A stretch of 64,000 bases of DNA, filler included, from Basidiobolus ranarum (lineage: Eukaryota): the NCBI GenBank assembly GCA_040143965.1. It is 11 parts of 11 records of this genome, joined end to end, with 100 filler letters (N's around TTAATTAATTAA, not from the genome) between each part and the next. Parts side by side here need not be neighbours in the genome. Positions count along the whole stretch, not along the records: positions 11,729 to 17,481 come from JASJQH010008382.1; positions 17,582 to 23,330 come from JASJQH010008383.1; positions 23,431 to 29,179 come from JASJQH010008384.1; 8 more parts are not named here. The stretch is one strand, 5' to 3'. How positions within the stretch are numbered: the first letter of the stretch is position 1; each line of letters opens with the position of its first letter. The notes below the pieces were generated by a model, which saw only the letters and a program-made list of their open reading frames with translations, made no database searches and had not been told where the DNA came from. Shown here piece after piece: positions 11,729 through 23,535 of this stretch. Both the position numbers and the translations under genes were made by a program.

Positions 11729-12203
11729 AGTTGACATTTATAGTTTTGGCAAGATGTAAACAAACTAACGTGTAGAATGTGTTAAGGAAGGTCCCAAGAA
11801 CATGTGTGCAAAGTTTGTGGCTTCTTTGAAAAATCTATATATCTGAGAACTTCTAAGCAAATGCCAATTGAGAATAATGGATAATATCTTAGTGAAATGT
11901 AAGATAACTAAGTACTTAGCTATATATGACTATATAGGTGTTAGGCAATGCTAATTTTGACACTAAATGTGTAAAATTTAAGTTACTTTTTTGCACATGT
12001 GTTGCTCCATAGTTTTCTGAGATTGTAGCAATCATGCGCAACTGTTTTGCAAGATCTTGAAATTTCACTACTGAAACTGAAAAAATTGGTCAAGATCAAA
12101 TCTAACTTGATTATTTTATGATGGTAAGTAAACAGTCAATCCATAATGGATTAAAATTGTGATGGTTTTCATTTCAACAACAATTCTAAAATTTCTGTTA
12201 GGG
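11729..12203 (+). repeat. Dispersed repeat: ~300-bp unit followed by terminal segment ending ...CTGTTAGGG
   Basis: 11729-11970 matches 40700-40870 and 1085-1350; 12001-12203 matches 1-203. This copy links the unit to the terminus. Confidence 0.85.
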
Positions 12204-15200
12204 TAGTAATATTGTAAAATCCAGTTTTCAAGCATTTTACTACCACTTTCACATGAATCAGCAATAACACAATGGTTTACACAAGAAATACTTTATCAAA
12301 GAATAAAAGTACCTGAATAAAAACTGAATCAACTTTAGAGAGAGTTACATACTCACTGATTAGTATAAACATAAGATTACCTGATTATAGAGTTTTACCA
12401 CAGCACAATTAATCTACAGTAGACCAGTTTTCCATCATACTATTATTAAGCAATTCCCATCAAATCTACTTCATCTAAGCATTGTTGTTGAGGCAAGAAT
12501 AGAATGTTTCTTTATCTCAGATGAAATTATCCATGTTTATGAAGTAAGAGACAAGTGTTGTTACAGTACAATACTAGCACCAGATAACTTGAAGATGACT
12601 GTAGACAAGTTACTTTCAGCTGTGAGGATATTGGTAAGGTCATTCCGATAATACAATATTTCACCTGTGTAATGCGTCATACTTCAAAAGTTGACCAAGA
12701 TATATGAAGACATTTTCATTAGCTCACCAATTGTCACTCAAATTTAAACACTGGTTGAAAATTGATATGGTTCCAATGTTTTGCAGAATCAATTGAATAT
12801 ATCTTTTCACTTTGTACTATCCCAGTATTTTTTACATTAGGATGGCTTAACATGTTATTTTATGGCATTCAAATGTAATTGAATTATAGGATCACATATA
12901 TATAAGCTGATCACATATACATGGGCAAATAGGTGAATACAAGAGAATTTAACGTGATTAGAGAACTGCTTACTGAGGATATAGCACTTATAAATATATA
13001 TACAGAGAAGTAAATCAGTGATGAGTTGTAGCGTTAATTCCGCTGATTCTCAGTTCTCAATGCTGACTTGGTGTATTACATGCATTCCAATGCTTACACT
13101 CACGTACGCCTTTATGGCCTCAAGGGAACTACCAGGAAGTAACTGGCTAATCTGAAAATGCAGATTCACCTAAGCCGCAGTTCACTGTCTTACTATCGCT
13201 CTAATCTGAGCTGGACTAGTGATGGTTTGCTTTATGACACAAGATACCATAGTTGCAAAATTCTCATGTGATCAGCGTTATTGCCAATTGGAATTAGAAC
13301 CAGCGTGGGTATTTCAAATCTTGGTTCTAAACTGATACTGGTATCACTACCAGTAGGTGATGTATTTAGGAATGTTTCTCTCTAGTGGTTCTATGCAAAT
13401 CGCCGTTGCTAATTTTTCTTTGCATACAGCCAAGTGTGTCACTATCCGTTAGTTGACTTGTATATGAGTATTGAAAGCTAGGAAAGTTACATGCCCCTCT
13501 TCGACTCCAGCTGTAGTTAATCCCGTGATCAGTATTGGCTGTTTGCGGAATTTGACTTTGTTCTGCTGAGAATCACAATACGTTTCTCTGTTAGTCATAG
13601 ACTTGCTCAATGTAGTTATAAAGACATTTCGATTTATCAACAGCCATACACTGAAGCATTTGCAATCAATACTCACCAGTTCAGATGGTATGCCAATATT
13701 ACTGCGGCACAGCGAACCCCGCTCATTTTCTGAATAGTAGATTACAGGGAAAGCGTCATTAGATGATTTTGCTATACGATATGGGAAAACATCCCTCCAT
13801 TCCATAGATTTTAAACCACAAGCAAACCATGCGCCGAGAAGTTCCACGAAACCATTCCGTGCGATAAATCATTTACTTATTCAACGATTGACAATGCCGC
13901 GAATACGGGTTTAAATACTATAAATCACTAGCTACGATATAGCTATTAGCACCAACGTTGAAGTTGATTGACAATATTTAACATATAATGTATTGCAGTA
14001 ACCATGGAATATTCGCATCCATTAATTTAGTGGTTTAAAAAAGAACTACTGCAGAACCTTCCTCACACAGTACAGTAAACATATAGGGATTCCTATGGTT
14101 AAATCAGACAGGTACTTAGTCGCGTGGGAGTGAAGGCGGTGAACTCCCATTTGAGAATATTGGACCACTTAGAAGTGTGCATTCCTTTGGAACTGTGCTT
14201 CCAAATTAGCGTAGTCATTCTGATGCAATCCCCCTGCTACAGATCAAACTATTGGACTAAATAACTTTGAGGCCACTAATATGCCCAGATTACTTCCAAC
14301 ATCTCACCGCTATTTGTAATGACACTTCAACTAATCTCAATCTCACCAAATGATTGCATACATCATTCTAGTATAGTGGCCTCTTAGCGTATTGCGCTTA
14401 GGCATAACAAGCTTACGTTACCATTATTCTCATCGCTATAAACAAATGAAAATTCGAGAGCAATTTATTTGACTCTTGTATTCTTCTAATGGCTTATCCT
14501 AAACACTGAATGATAAAAACCGGTTCTGCTAAATTTTTGAGAGTACTTTCATATCACATGCAGCTGGCATCCACATTGAAAATGCAAATGATAGAGTAGA
14601 TGGAATTCCTAGTGGGGTGACACACTTCCATTAACCCCACAGAGCACAGGAAACCCAAGTGTAACTGTTTCCTTGGTGGGCACTCGAGATTTGATACCAA
14701 GCAGTAACCGTGCCGTCGAGAACGCTGATGCATCTGTGCAATGTTTGCGATGGCAGTGCGAAAATAATCTTGCTCCCCCGGCCTAGTTCAACGATTGGGT
14801 CTCATAGCTATCTTAACAACCCTTCTAAATACTATACTCCGCCAGAAGATGTGTCATTAGAGCTTATCTCTGGTTCTACAAAAACAATATTGATGATGGT
14901 AGTAGTGTTTTCATAAGAGTGGGGTCTACTTCTATGTTCTTCTCTCGGGACGCTCCCCGAGAATAATGCTTCAGCGTAGTTTGGAACGGAATTGTGGTTC
15001 ACGGTTGCAAGGAATCTACATGATTTCAATAGTGGTGACGCATATTATGGAATCTAATTAGATGAACGATTTTTTTAATCTAGTGTTCTTTAACTGATGA
15101 TTCTCCCCTTTGAGGTTTCGCACGATGATTATTTGAATGGCATGTGCAGTCGGTCAAGTAGCTACTCACAAATGACGCGCTCTAAGCTTCATAATGCACT

Positions 15201-17481
15201 AACTATGATTGCAACTACTCTCAGACTTTTTAAGTCACATCACCTATATAACAGAAAGTTAGCACCACAAAGACATACCCAGCTCCCATAACATGTGATT
15301 TGGGCAATTTAACTTGAGCTTCATACTTTGGCATTACTGGTAATAACTATAAGCTGACTTGCTATCTCAAGATCTATGGCTAGATGTCGTGTAACATGGG
15401 CACTGAATACGATATTACGGCTACGCTTAATGCCTGCAGCCACTATGCAAACGGGTAACACTCTGGTTAAGAATCTCCAAAGAAATGCATAGAAGGAGCC
15501 CAAGGCCCTACCTTAATGTTGTCATAACTCTTCACAAAGGGTCAAATCATCTTCTGCACCAAACAAACCAATTACCAACACAAGCGCATCCATCAGCGTC
15601 TTTCCAAAGTTGAAACACATGCGTCATAGCATACACGGTTGTTTCGGGCCCTACTTTGAGACCTATACGTCAACAAATCAACATCTGACCCAACCCATCT
15701 TTGCTGATTAGTGGAGAATTGGAGTTCACCTACGCTTCTAGGTCAGAACAAACACAGTAGACACACATTAAGATTGAATGGAATATCCCCTTATATGGAT
15801 GTTGTTTCAAGCTCCGCAATTGGATCAAGAATTCTACCTCACAACTGAATATGAAACAAGATTCTCGACCATACAAAAAGTGGAGCATGAAACCAATAAA
15901 TTCGTTCAATCTGTGGAAGCGGTGCTTCTGAGACCTTATCGTGTCCCACCTCCTAACAGCCCATTTCCCACTCTGGGATTTGAGAGTGGGAAAATTCAGT
16001 TGCCTAGAGAGATGGTGTTGATAATGATCGGTGACTGAACTTCTTTGATCAGAACGCGTTCACCACAATGTGGTAAAATAAGGTGAAGGTTTTACTTTGA
16101 GTTTCTCACAATGATCTGGTCCCGATAAGTGGCAGTATTCACACTCCAAGAGCAGACTCACTGGGCTTGAAACCGATATCCTTCTTTGAACAATGAAGTC
16201 AGGTAATCATCATCTCAGCATCCTCTGTCAGCTGAGCATATGCTTACTATCCATTACTTTGCTTGGACATAGTCGGATTGTGAATGGTCATCAACCCACT
16301 CACTTAATGCCATGCAGAATGACAGGACCCTGGGAATAGAATGCCAGCACTGTGCTGTGGAATAGAGTGTTGTGGAATGGTATATCCCTCGCAGATCTAT
16401 GCTATCGATCTATTTTGGCGGCACAGAATAGACATCCAGTTTAGTTTTTCATATTTGGCCATTCTGTTTATCGAAGATCACACTGGCATTTGAAGCTTTA
16501 TTGATGATGAAAGATCGCTGCCACGATGGGTGGCTAAGAAAGTCACATCAATGAAAGATAGATGGGCAAATCTGCTATATCGATAGCCATGAAACCTGTC
16601 GACGGATTTGGTAATCATTCGAAAAACAATCAGGGAGTCGGTACCCTCTTGGTCAATAGGCATTAAAAACCCCGATAGCCTAACAAGCAGTGAGAAGACC
16701 TGTCCGGAACCAAGGTTTTGTACCACGATCCTTGATTTACTAAATTAGTAAGATGTCTCAGTAAGCGATAACCATCGCGGTTGTATTTCGAATAATGTAA
16801 CTCTAATTTGAGCGGTGTTTTAGATAGCATCAAAATAGAAGTCCGCCATCATATTGTCGACTCAAGCCCATCTTATCGCTTGCATGTCAAAAAGTAACTG
16901 ATAGTGCAGCGTGAAAACCACCAATAGATGCCTCGCCCTACCACTAAGCTGGACTTGGTAATTCGGCAAAAATCCGCGGAAGCAAGAGGGTTTGCAAGGC
17001 CAAAGTCTCAGCCTTATCTGTCAGTATCAGCATTCACGGTCTACTGTGCAAGTGATCATTGAGTTGGAGCGGTTGCTACATATGGAAACCTGGCAACTGC
17101 AATAATTGCAATTTCCTCCATTAGGATTCGAGCTCGTCTTGAATCGATTATGTAATGTGTGTGGTGTATATCCCAGTGCTTCTCGACCTGATGTGAGATA
17201 TTGAGTGCGCAATCTTGATGCTTGTGTTCCAGGTGAATGCATGCTAGCCTGAGTCTGTCTGGGTTTTTGCTTATGGAAATATCCGCCTCTGAAGAAAGTC
17301 AACGGCATTCTTGCAATCCATACCTTGGCATAGAGAACATTTCTTTGCGGGGTCCACACACCTCGCTCACTATTCTCAGTGTATGCGGTTTAACCACCTA
17401 GGACAGCCATCTCTTCATCTCAACTGAAACCATTGCTTGTTTTGGAAGAAATGTGGCTTTTAATTTAAAGTTCTTATCTAG

Positions 17482-17581
17482 NNNNNNNNNNNNNNNNNNN
17501 NNNNNNNNNNNNNNNNNNNNNNNNNTTAATTAATTAANNNNNNNNNNNNNNNNNNNNNNNNNNNNNNNNNNNNNNNNNNNN
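17482..17581. other. Artificial contig linker
   Basis: N44-TTAATTAATTAA-N44. Confidence 0.99.
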
Positions 17582-17582
17582 T

Positions 17583-17804
17583 AACGTCGCTCGTAACGAA
17601 AACGCTCTTATCGATGTCGACAGTCCGTTCCTCAGTATAATGCTTCCCGATGGTTCCATGAAGGATGATGTCAAGCTTCCTGATGGTGATTTGGGTGACA
17701 AGATTGAGGAAGATTTCAACGAAGGCAAGGAGTTGCTCGTCACTGTTATCTCTGCCATGGGTGAAGAGGCTGTCGTTTCTTTCAAAGAAGCCCCCAAGAA
17801 CTAA
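17583..17804 (+). CDS. eIF5A: Translation factor eIF5A, C-terminal part (5' end cut)
   Basis: Manual translation gives NVARNENALIDVDSPFLSIMLPDGSMKDDVKLPDGDLGDKIEEDFNEGKELLVTVISAMGEEAVVSFKEAPKN*, the eIF5A OB-fold with KDDVK and V..ISAMGEE. Not in the ORF track. Confidence 0.93.
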   Translation, partial: NVARNENALIDVDSPFLSIMLPDGSMKDDVKLPDGDLGDKIEEDFNEGKELLVTVISAMGEEAVVSFKEAPKN

Positions 17805-18056
17805 GAACCTAATAAAGATTTCTATGTCCTTGCTATTTAGCAACACCCTCACTTCTCGTGTTTGTCCTTGCATTTGTCTATACATACAACACCAATAAAT
17901 ACAAAAAATATCCCAATATAAGGTTTTAACGTCTAGAAGTAGAGCATTCGAAAAGGGTAAGATTTGCCGGGATGATTCACTACGTCATGGAATGCTAGAT
18001 ATTTTTGGTATTCATATTATGACGTAGAGAATTTAATTATGGGTTTTGTAGTATTT

Positions 18057-19187
18057 TTATACGATCAAATCAATTAGCTCTAGTAGCTTTCTATTACAAT
18101 TGGATTTAGTGGGAGCATTGGCCTGATTATATAGTGGAGTGTTGGCTTCTTCATCTTTGACGTTTGTTTCCTAGTAAACTCAACATTAGTAAATCACGCA
18201 TTGGATTAGCGAGAGATTAACATACGTCAAGGTCCATTTGGTCAGTAATTTTATCGATAAATTCTCCTCGAATACTGGTCAATTTTTCCAAGATTTCATC
18301 GCAAGAACTATGCTTGTTAGAATGTATTCATAAAATGGATGGTTTATATAGTTATTAATAACTTACTTGCTGAGTTCTTGGGTATCTTTTTTCCGTTTCT
18401 CCACTTGTTCTTGAAGAATCAGGATTAAGGTTTCTTTAGCCTAATTATGGTAAGTAAAAGGGGGAATTGTTTTCGAAAAGTCTTTAAAAGAGATAGTACC
18501 TGGTGTGGACGATATTCGTTGATAATATGGTGCATGTTGATTAAAATCAACCGTATGTGATCGATATTCATAGTAAACTACGATAATTCCAAGAAGTTAA
18601 ACACTCTCATTCTATTAGTCGAAAAGGAAGGAAAGGCAAAGGTATACTTGAGTTGGATTGCGTATCAATGTCTCCACTAGCTCTAAAAAGCTGAAAACGA
18701 GAGAAAAATTCAATTTTTTAAGTTCCTTCACTCGGTCTATTCCGTCGTAGAAGAAAATGGTGATAAGTGACTGGTTAGGTGATAGAATAAATAAGTGTTA
18801 AAGTCAAAATTAAAGAAAAATTACCAATATTTTCCTTTGGATATAATTGTTGTACATTTTGTTCCTCTAAACTTGGAAGAACATCCTCGATCTAAAGGTA
18901 ATGCTCTTATTTAAAAAGGTTTTGAAAGTTATTGAATGAGAGGTTAATTTCCTTACCAACCAACGTTTCCCAAACATCCAATAATCTCCCTCAGTAATTG
19001 GTTTCGGTGGTTCCAAAAACTCGAATTCTTTTTCTGGGTGTACGGTTGCGGGTGCGGTAGGCGCTAAATTGGTGTCATTTGAATTGTCTTTCCAATTTCG
19101 AAACTTTTCTAAATTTTCGTCACTAAATCTTTTATAATAATCGGGTGGTGCTGGATAAGCAGCGCTCAGTTGTGGTTGTGTCGCCAT
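18057..19187 (-). CDS. MED7: Mediator subunit 7 (7 exons)
   Basis: AYPAPPDYYK..F, FLEPPKP, Y.MFG, LPSLEEQ...QLYP, ELKKLN.SL...FLELV, INMHHIINEYRPHQ|AKETL; GT-AG introns; stop TAA at 18057-18059. Confidence 0.93.
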
Positions 19188-19446
19188 ATCGTACTTTGGA
19201 AAGAAAGTGTTTGAAAAGAGGCTCTAGTAGTCTAAATTAAGTTCGCTTACAAAAATAAATAAAAAGGTCTGGGATGAAGGTTAGTTGGGTTTATATTCTT
19301 ATGCTAAATACGATGAAATTTTCATTGAATTTACTTGAATTTCTAGATTTCTCGATTTTTCTGAGAGTTAAAAATTCATTCCATTATTTTAAGTTATATA
19401 TTACTTCGTTTGTGTGAGCCTTTCTGTATTTCTTCTGTGGTGAACT

Positions 19447-22382
19447 ATGACAAGTTATATAAAGTTCACCGCTATATCTGGTTCTCATTCAGAAGCCGCT
19501 TTATGTTACCTTTTGGAAGTAGATGAAGTCAAGATCTTATTGGATTGCGGCTGGTATGACAACTTTAATTTAGAAGATTTGAAGCATTTAAAAAGAGTAG
19601 CAAAACAAATCGACGTTGTGCTGCTCTCTCATCCAGATCTGGCTCATTTGGGTGCTTTCCCGTATGCTTATTCCAAGCTAGGGCTTACCTGTCCGGTATA
19701 CGCCACTTTGCCTTCTCAAAATATGGGAAGAATGTGTATGCTCGACGCAGTTTTATCCAAGAAAGATGCAACAGACTTCGATTTATTTACCTTAGAAGAT
19801 GTCGACACTGCCTTCGATAGAGTGACTATATTAAGATACTCACAACCTACTGGTTTGTCAGGTATAGTTATCTTTTTTAAAATCATTCGGGTACCTGTTT
19901 AGAAAGTCTAACTCAAAAATCTCTAAACCTCATTAGGCAAAGCGAAAGGAATTCTTATTACTGCCTATGCGGCTGGTCACACTATCGGTGGAACCATTTG
20001 GAAAATCAAAAAAGATACAGATGAAATTGTTTACGCGGTGGACTATAATCATAAGAAAGAAAGGTAAGCGTTCATACCAATCCTCTACGATATGACCTAG
20101 TGACTAAATATATATAAAGACATTTAGATGGAACCGTTTTGCATGCTAATGGTTTAGTGCTCGAAAGTTTACTTCGTCCCTCGGTGTTGATTACGGATGC
20201 ATACAATTCTAGGGCTGTTCACGCAGCACGGAAGTATCGTGAAGCGGCGCTTTTTGGTGAGAACATATGCTCTTGATTGATCAACGTTTGTTTCTTTACT
20301 TATATTTCTACCTTGTCAGAGTCAATTATGTCTACGCTTCGTAGCGGTGGAAATGTTTTGATCCCAGTTGATTCTTCAGCGCGAGTATTAGAGATCGCTT
20401 ATGTTTTAGACCAATTCTGGAGTACCCAACGCGTAACGTATCCATTATTGTTTTTCACTCATAAGAGTTATCGAACAATTCAATTCGCAAAGAGTATGCT
20501 GGAATGGATGAGTGACTCTATTACCAAGCAATTTGAAACCGCAAGAGAGAACCCTTTTGACTTGAAGTAAGCTTGATTTCTTTCTCTTACTCGATCAACA
20601 CATCATCTCCAAGCTAACATTCGATTGTCCATAGAAACATTCGACTATGTCACAAACACAGTGACCTTGCTAAACATAATGGACCAAAGATCATTCTTGC
20701 CAGTTGTATCAGTATGGAAACCGGGTTTTCTAGGGACTTGTTGGTGGATTGGGGTACAGATCCTAAAAACACCGTTATTCTTACCAGTCGTGGACCGCCA
20801 AATACCTTAGCCAGAAAGTTGTACGAAGAATGGGAAGTGATTGCTAATGCTGCGCCTGGAGCCGTGATACCCCCAGTTCACTTTGATCTTCAGTTACAAC
20901 TCAATGCAAGTATTCAAATAGCTACGCTTCTACCAAACGTTTCACTAACATTCCTTGAATGGTGATTAGATTTCGAAAAAGGTCCCATTGGAAGGTGCAG
21001 AGCTTTTGGAACACACGGCTGCTGAACGTACCAGACTAGAAAGAGAGGCAGCACAAGCGGCGCTCATCGCACGTAGCAAAACCATCATTGAGGAAGACGA
21101 GTCTGATGAATCAGAATCAGATGTGGATGATGTAGACATGGAGCAACTGCTTCATGATCAGTTCGATTTGTATCTAAAGGATGCCACCAAGAGTGGTGGT
21201 TTCTTCAAACAAACACAGAGCTATCGCATGTTTCCATACATTGAAAGGAAAAAGCGATTCGATGATTACGGTGAGGTGATCCAACCAGAGAAGTTCATGA
21301 AAGACTTTGATATAGATCAACTGATGAATCAATCCATGCCTGTCGACGAGAATGCCGAGGTATCTTGATTTCCTTCATTCTACGCGCAATACAAGCAATC
21401 TTACTCACACTATTATTCCATATTAGAATGAAATGGACATCGACAAAGAGGAGCAGATCGCTGAACCATCCATTCCAACCAAATACATATCTGAGGAGGA
21501 GACCATTCATATGACCAGTAAGGTGGTTTACATCGATTTGGAAGGGTTGTCCGATGGTCGTTCCATCAAAACAATCTTACCACAAGTGAACCCTAGAAAA
21601 TTGGTATAGTTTATTTACTGTGATATTTATACTATATTGTATGACTACTACTGACATTTCTCTGAAATCCCTTTAGATTTTAATTCATGGAACAGAGGAG
21701 GCCACCGAAGATTTGATGAACTCTTGTCTTCAAATAGATGAGATGACCAAAGAGATATTCGCCCCGAAAGTTGGTGAGATGGTCAACGTCTCCTCGGCCA
21801 CTAATATCTATCAGGTAAGAAAGAACTTGAGCCAGATGTGTTCGTTTTTCCTGTATTAAATAAGCTCGACTTTCTAGGTCAAACTTACCGATTCGCTTGT
21901 TAGTTCTCTTAACTTCTCCAAGGTATTTTAACCATTCATTTGACATGAATATTCAACAGTGACTAATATTGGTTATTCTTAAAGCTTGACGATTACGAGT
22001 TGGCCCACATCACCGGAAAGATTCATTATCCGGATGATTCATCCACCCCTACGTTAGATATACTCCCCATTGAGGAGCAACAGGGCTGGCATCCACCTTT
22101 ATTCGTGGGAGATGTGAGACTGACTGAACTCAAAAGAGTACTACAAAACGAAGGAATTGTTGCTGAATTCAAAGGAGATGGTGTGTTGGTTTGTGATGAT
22201 CATGTCGCCATTCGTAAGGTAATCAAGAGAGTGATTTTCATTCAACTTTCAACTCATTCTTACTTTAATTTCACATCCATTTCATTTAGACATCCGCTGG
22301 GCAAATTGTTGTAGATGGTTGTTTATCCGCTAACTATTACAAGATTCGTTCATTGGTTTATAAACAAATAGCTATCGTATAG
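19447..22382 (+). CDS. CPSF2: Cleavage and polyadenylation specificity factor subunit 2 (CPSF100/Cft2), multi-exon
   Basis: [105 protein letters not shown]; ends [15 protein letters not shown]. Confidence 0.96.
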
Positions 22383-22748
22383 AGCCTGAGCGTTTAGATA
22401 TTCCAACTATTTTATATTGTTTGACTATTCAACCCAAACCCTTCATTTTAACATGTAAATAATAAACTCTGATGGAATAGACTATTCCAGATCAATCGGT
22501 ATTTGAATGAATACTCAGTTCATAATGAAGTACTTTTATTAGGAAAAATCAATATACTCTACCTTTTATAACAAAAAACAAATTCATTGAATGTAGAGAA
22601 GTTAAAAAGATGTAACACGTAGAGGTTTCTTCTAAGAGTCTCACGTTTATGTGTAGAGGTTTCGAGTTACTTCAAGATGAAGAGATATTTATCCAGGCTT
22701 TAGCTTTACAAGTGATACCATATCGATTTTTGAAGTAATCTATATTCT

Positions 22749-23330
22749 TTAGAAAGCCACCATAGTTCTAATATCCTCTAACTTTTTGGAAATCTCCGCT
22801 GGTGTCCGATCTAACTCTTCGGCGATGTAGCGTTTCTTTTCAGGGGGGAGGAGGTTATATTGTTCGCATAAATCACCATCTACAACGCTCTAAAAAGTAA
22901 TGTTCGGGTTAATTTCAATGGATTTCGATAAACCATAAGATATTCTGAAATTCTACCTTCACAGGAGCATAGAAACCTGTGTAGGCGAGATGATCACGGC
23001 CACACAAAGGTGGATTCTCGTTACGCATGTGCATCTCCAAATTTTGGAAGAATTCAACATCATCTCTGGTCATGAAAGGTATAAATGCCCCTACTCCACC
23101 GAGTAGTGTGGTATATACAAGGATTTCGCGTCCACCAGAAACCAGGGTAGCTCTTTGGATGGATGATAAAGAATCACCAACATAATAATGAGCAATACAA
23201 GATACTTTGTATGGTGCACCATAAGTATTTCCTCTCTCCGAGATAACCTTATTACCTGTTGGGTCATCATCCACCTCTTGACTATTACTTTGGGGTAAAC
23301 GTTCGATGATGAAATTTCCGAATTTATCGC
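22749..23330 (-). CDS. SF3B3: Splicing factor 3B subunit 3 (Rse1/SAP130), C-terminal part (5' end cut)
   Basis: DKFGNF...DDDPTG...FFQNLEMHMRNENPPLCGRDHLAY.GFY.PVK|SVVDGDLCEQY...IAEELDRTPAEISKKLEDIR; intron 22890-22956. Confidence 0.95.
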
Positions 23331-23430
23331 NNNNNNNNNNNNNNNNNNNNNNNNNNNNNNNNNNNNNNNNNNNNTTAATTAATTAANNNNNNNNNNNNNN
23401 NNNNNNNNNNNNNNNNNNNNNNNNNNNNNN
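23331..23430. other. Artificial contig linker
   Basis: N44-TTAATTAATTAA-N44. Confidence 0.99.
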
Positions 23431-23435
23431 CTTAC

Positions 23436-23535
23436 GATTGTATCTTGGTAACCAAGAGATAATAGGAACAAAGCGCTTCATCATATGCTTAGGATCGACA
23501 TTTTGCACTCGCTCTTTCAATTGCTCAACAAACAT
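23436..23535 (-). CDS. Probable first coding exon of a SulP-family sulfate/anion permease (rest cut by contig end)
   Basis: MFVEQLKERVQNVDPKHMMKRFVPIISWLPRYN followed by a GTAAG donor; P.I.WLP.YN is typical of SulP N-termini. Confidence 0.5.

Noticed and set aside
12450..12850. CpG-poor stretch, possible DNA transposase relic
   Set aside because: No motif could be assigned convincingly in any frame.
14612..14673. Two adjacent hairpins separated by AGAGCA (H-box-like)
   Set aside because: Hairpins of ~26-29 nt are too short for an H/ACA snoRNA and there is no terminal ACA box; likely chance.
13449..17359. Short ORFs in contig 3 (for example 13449-13847, 15778-16038, 17027-17359)
   Set aside because: No recognisable domains or splice-consistent gene model.
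17526..17898. ORF-track ORFs overlapping eIF5A
   Set aside because: Antisense or alternative-frame shadows, two running into the N linker.
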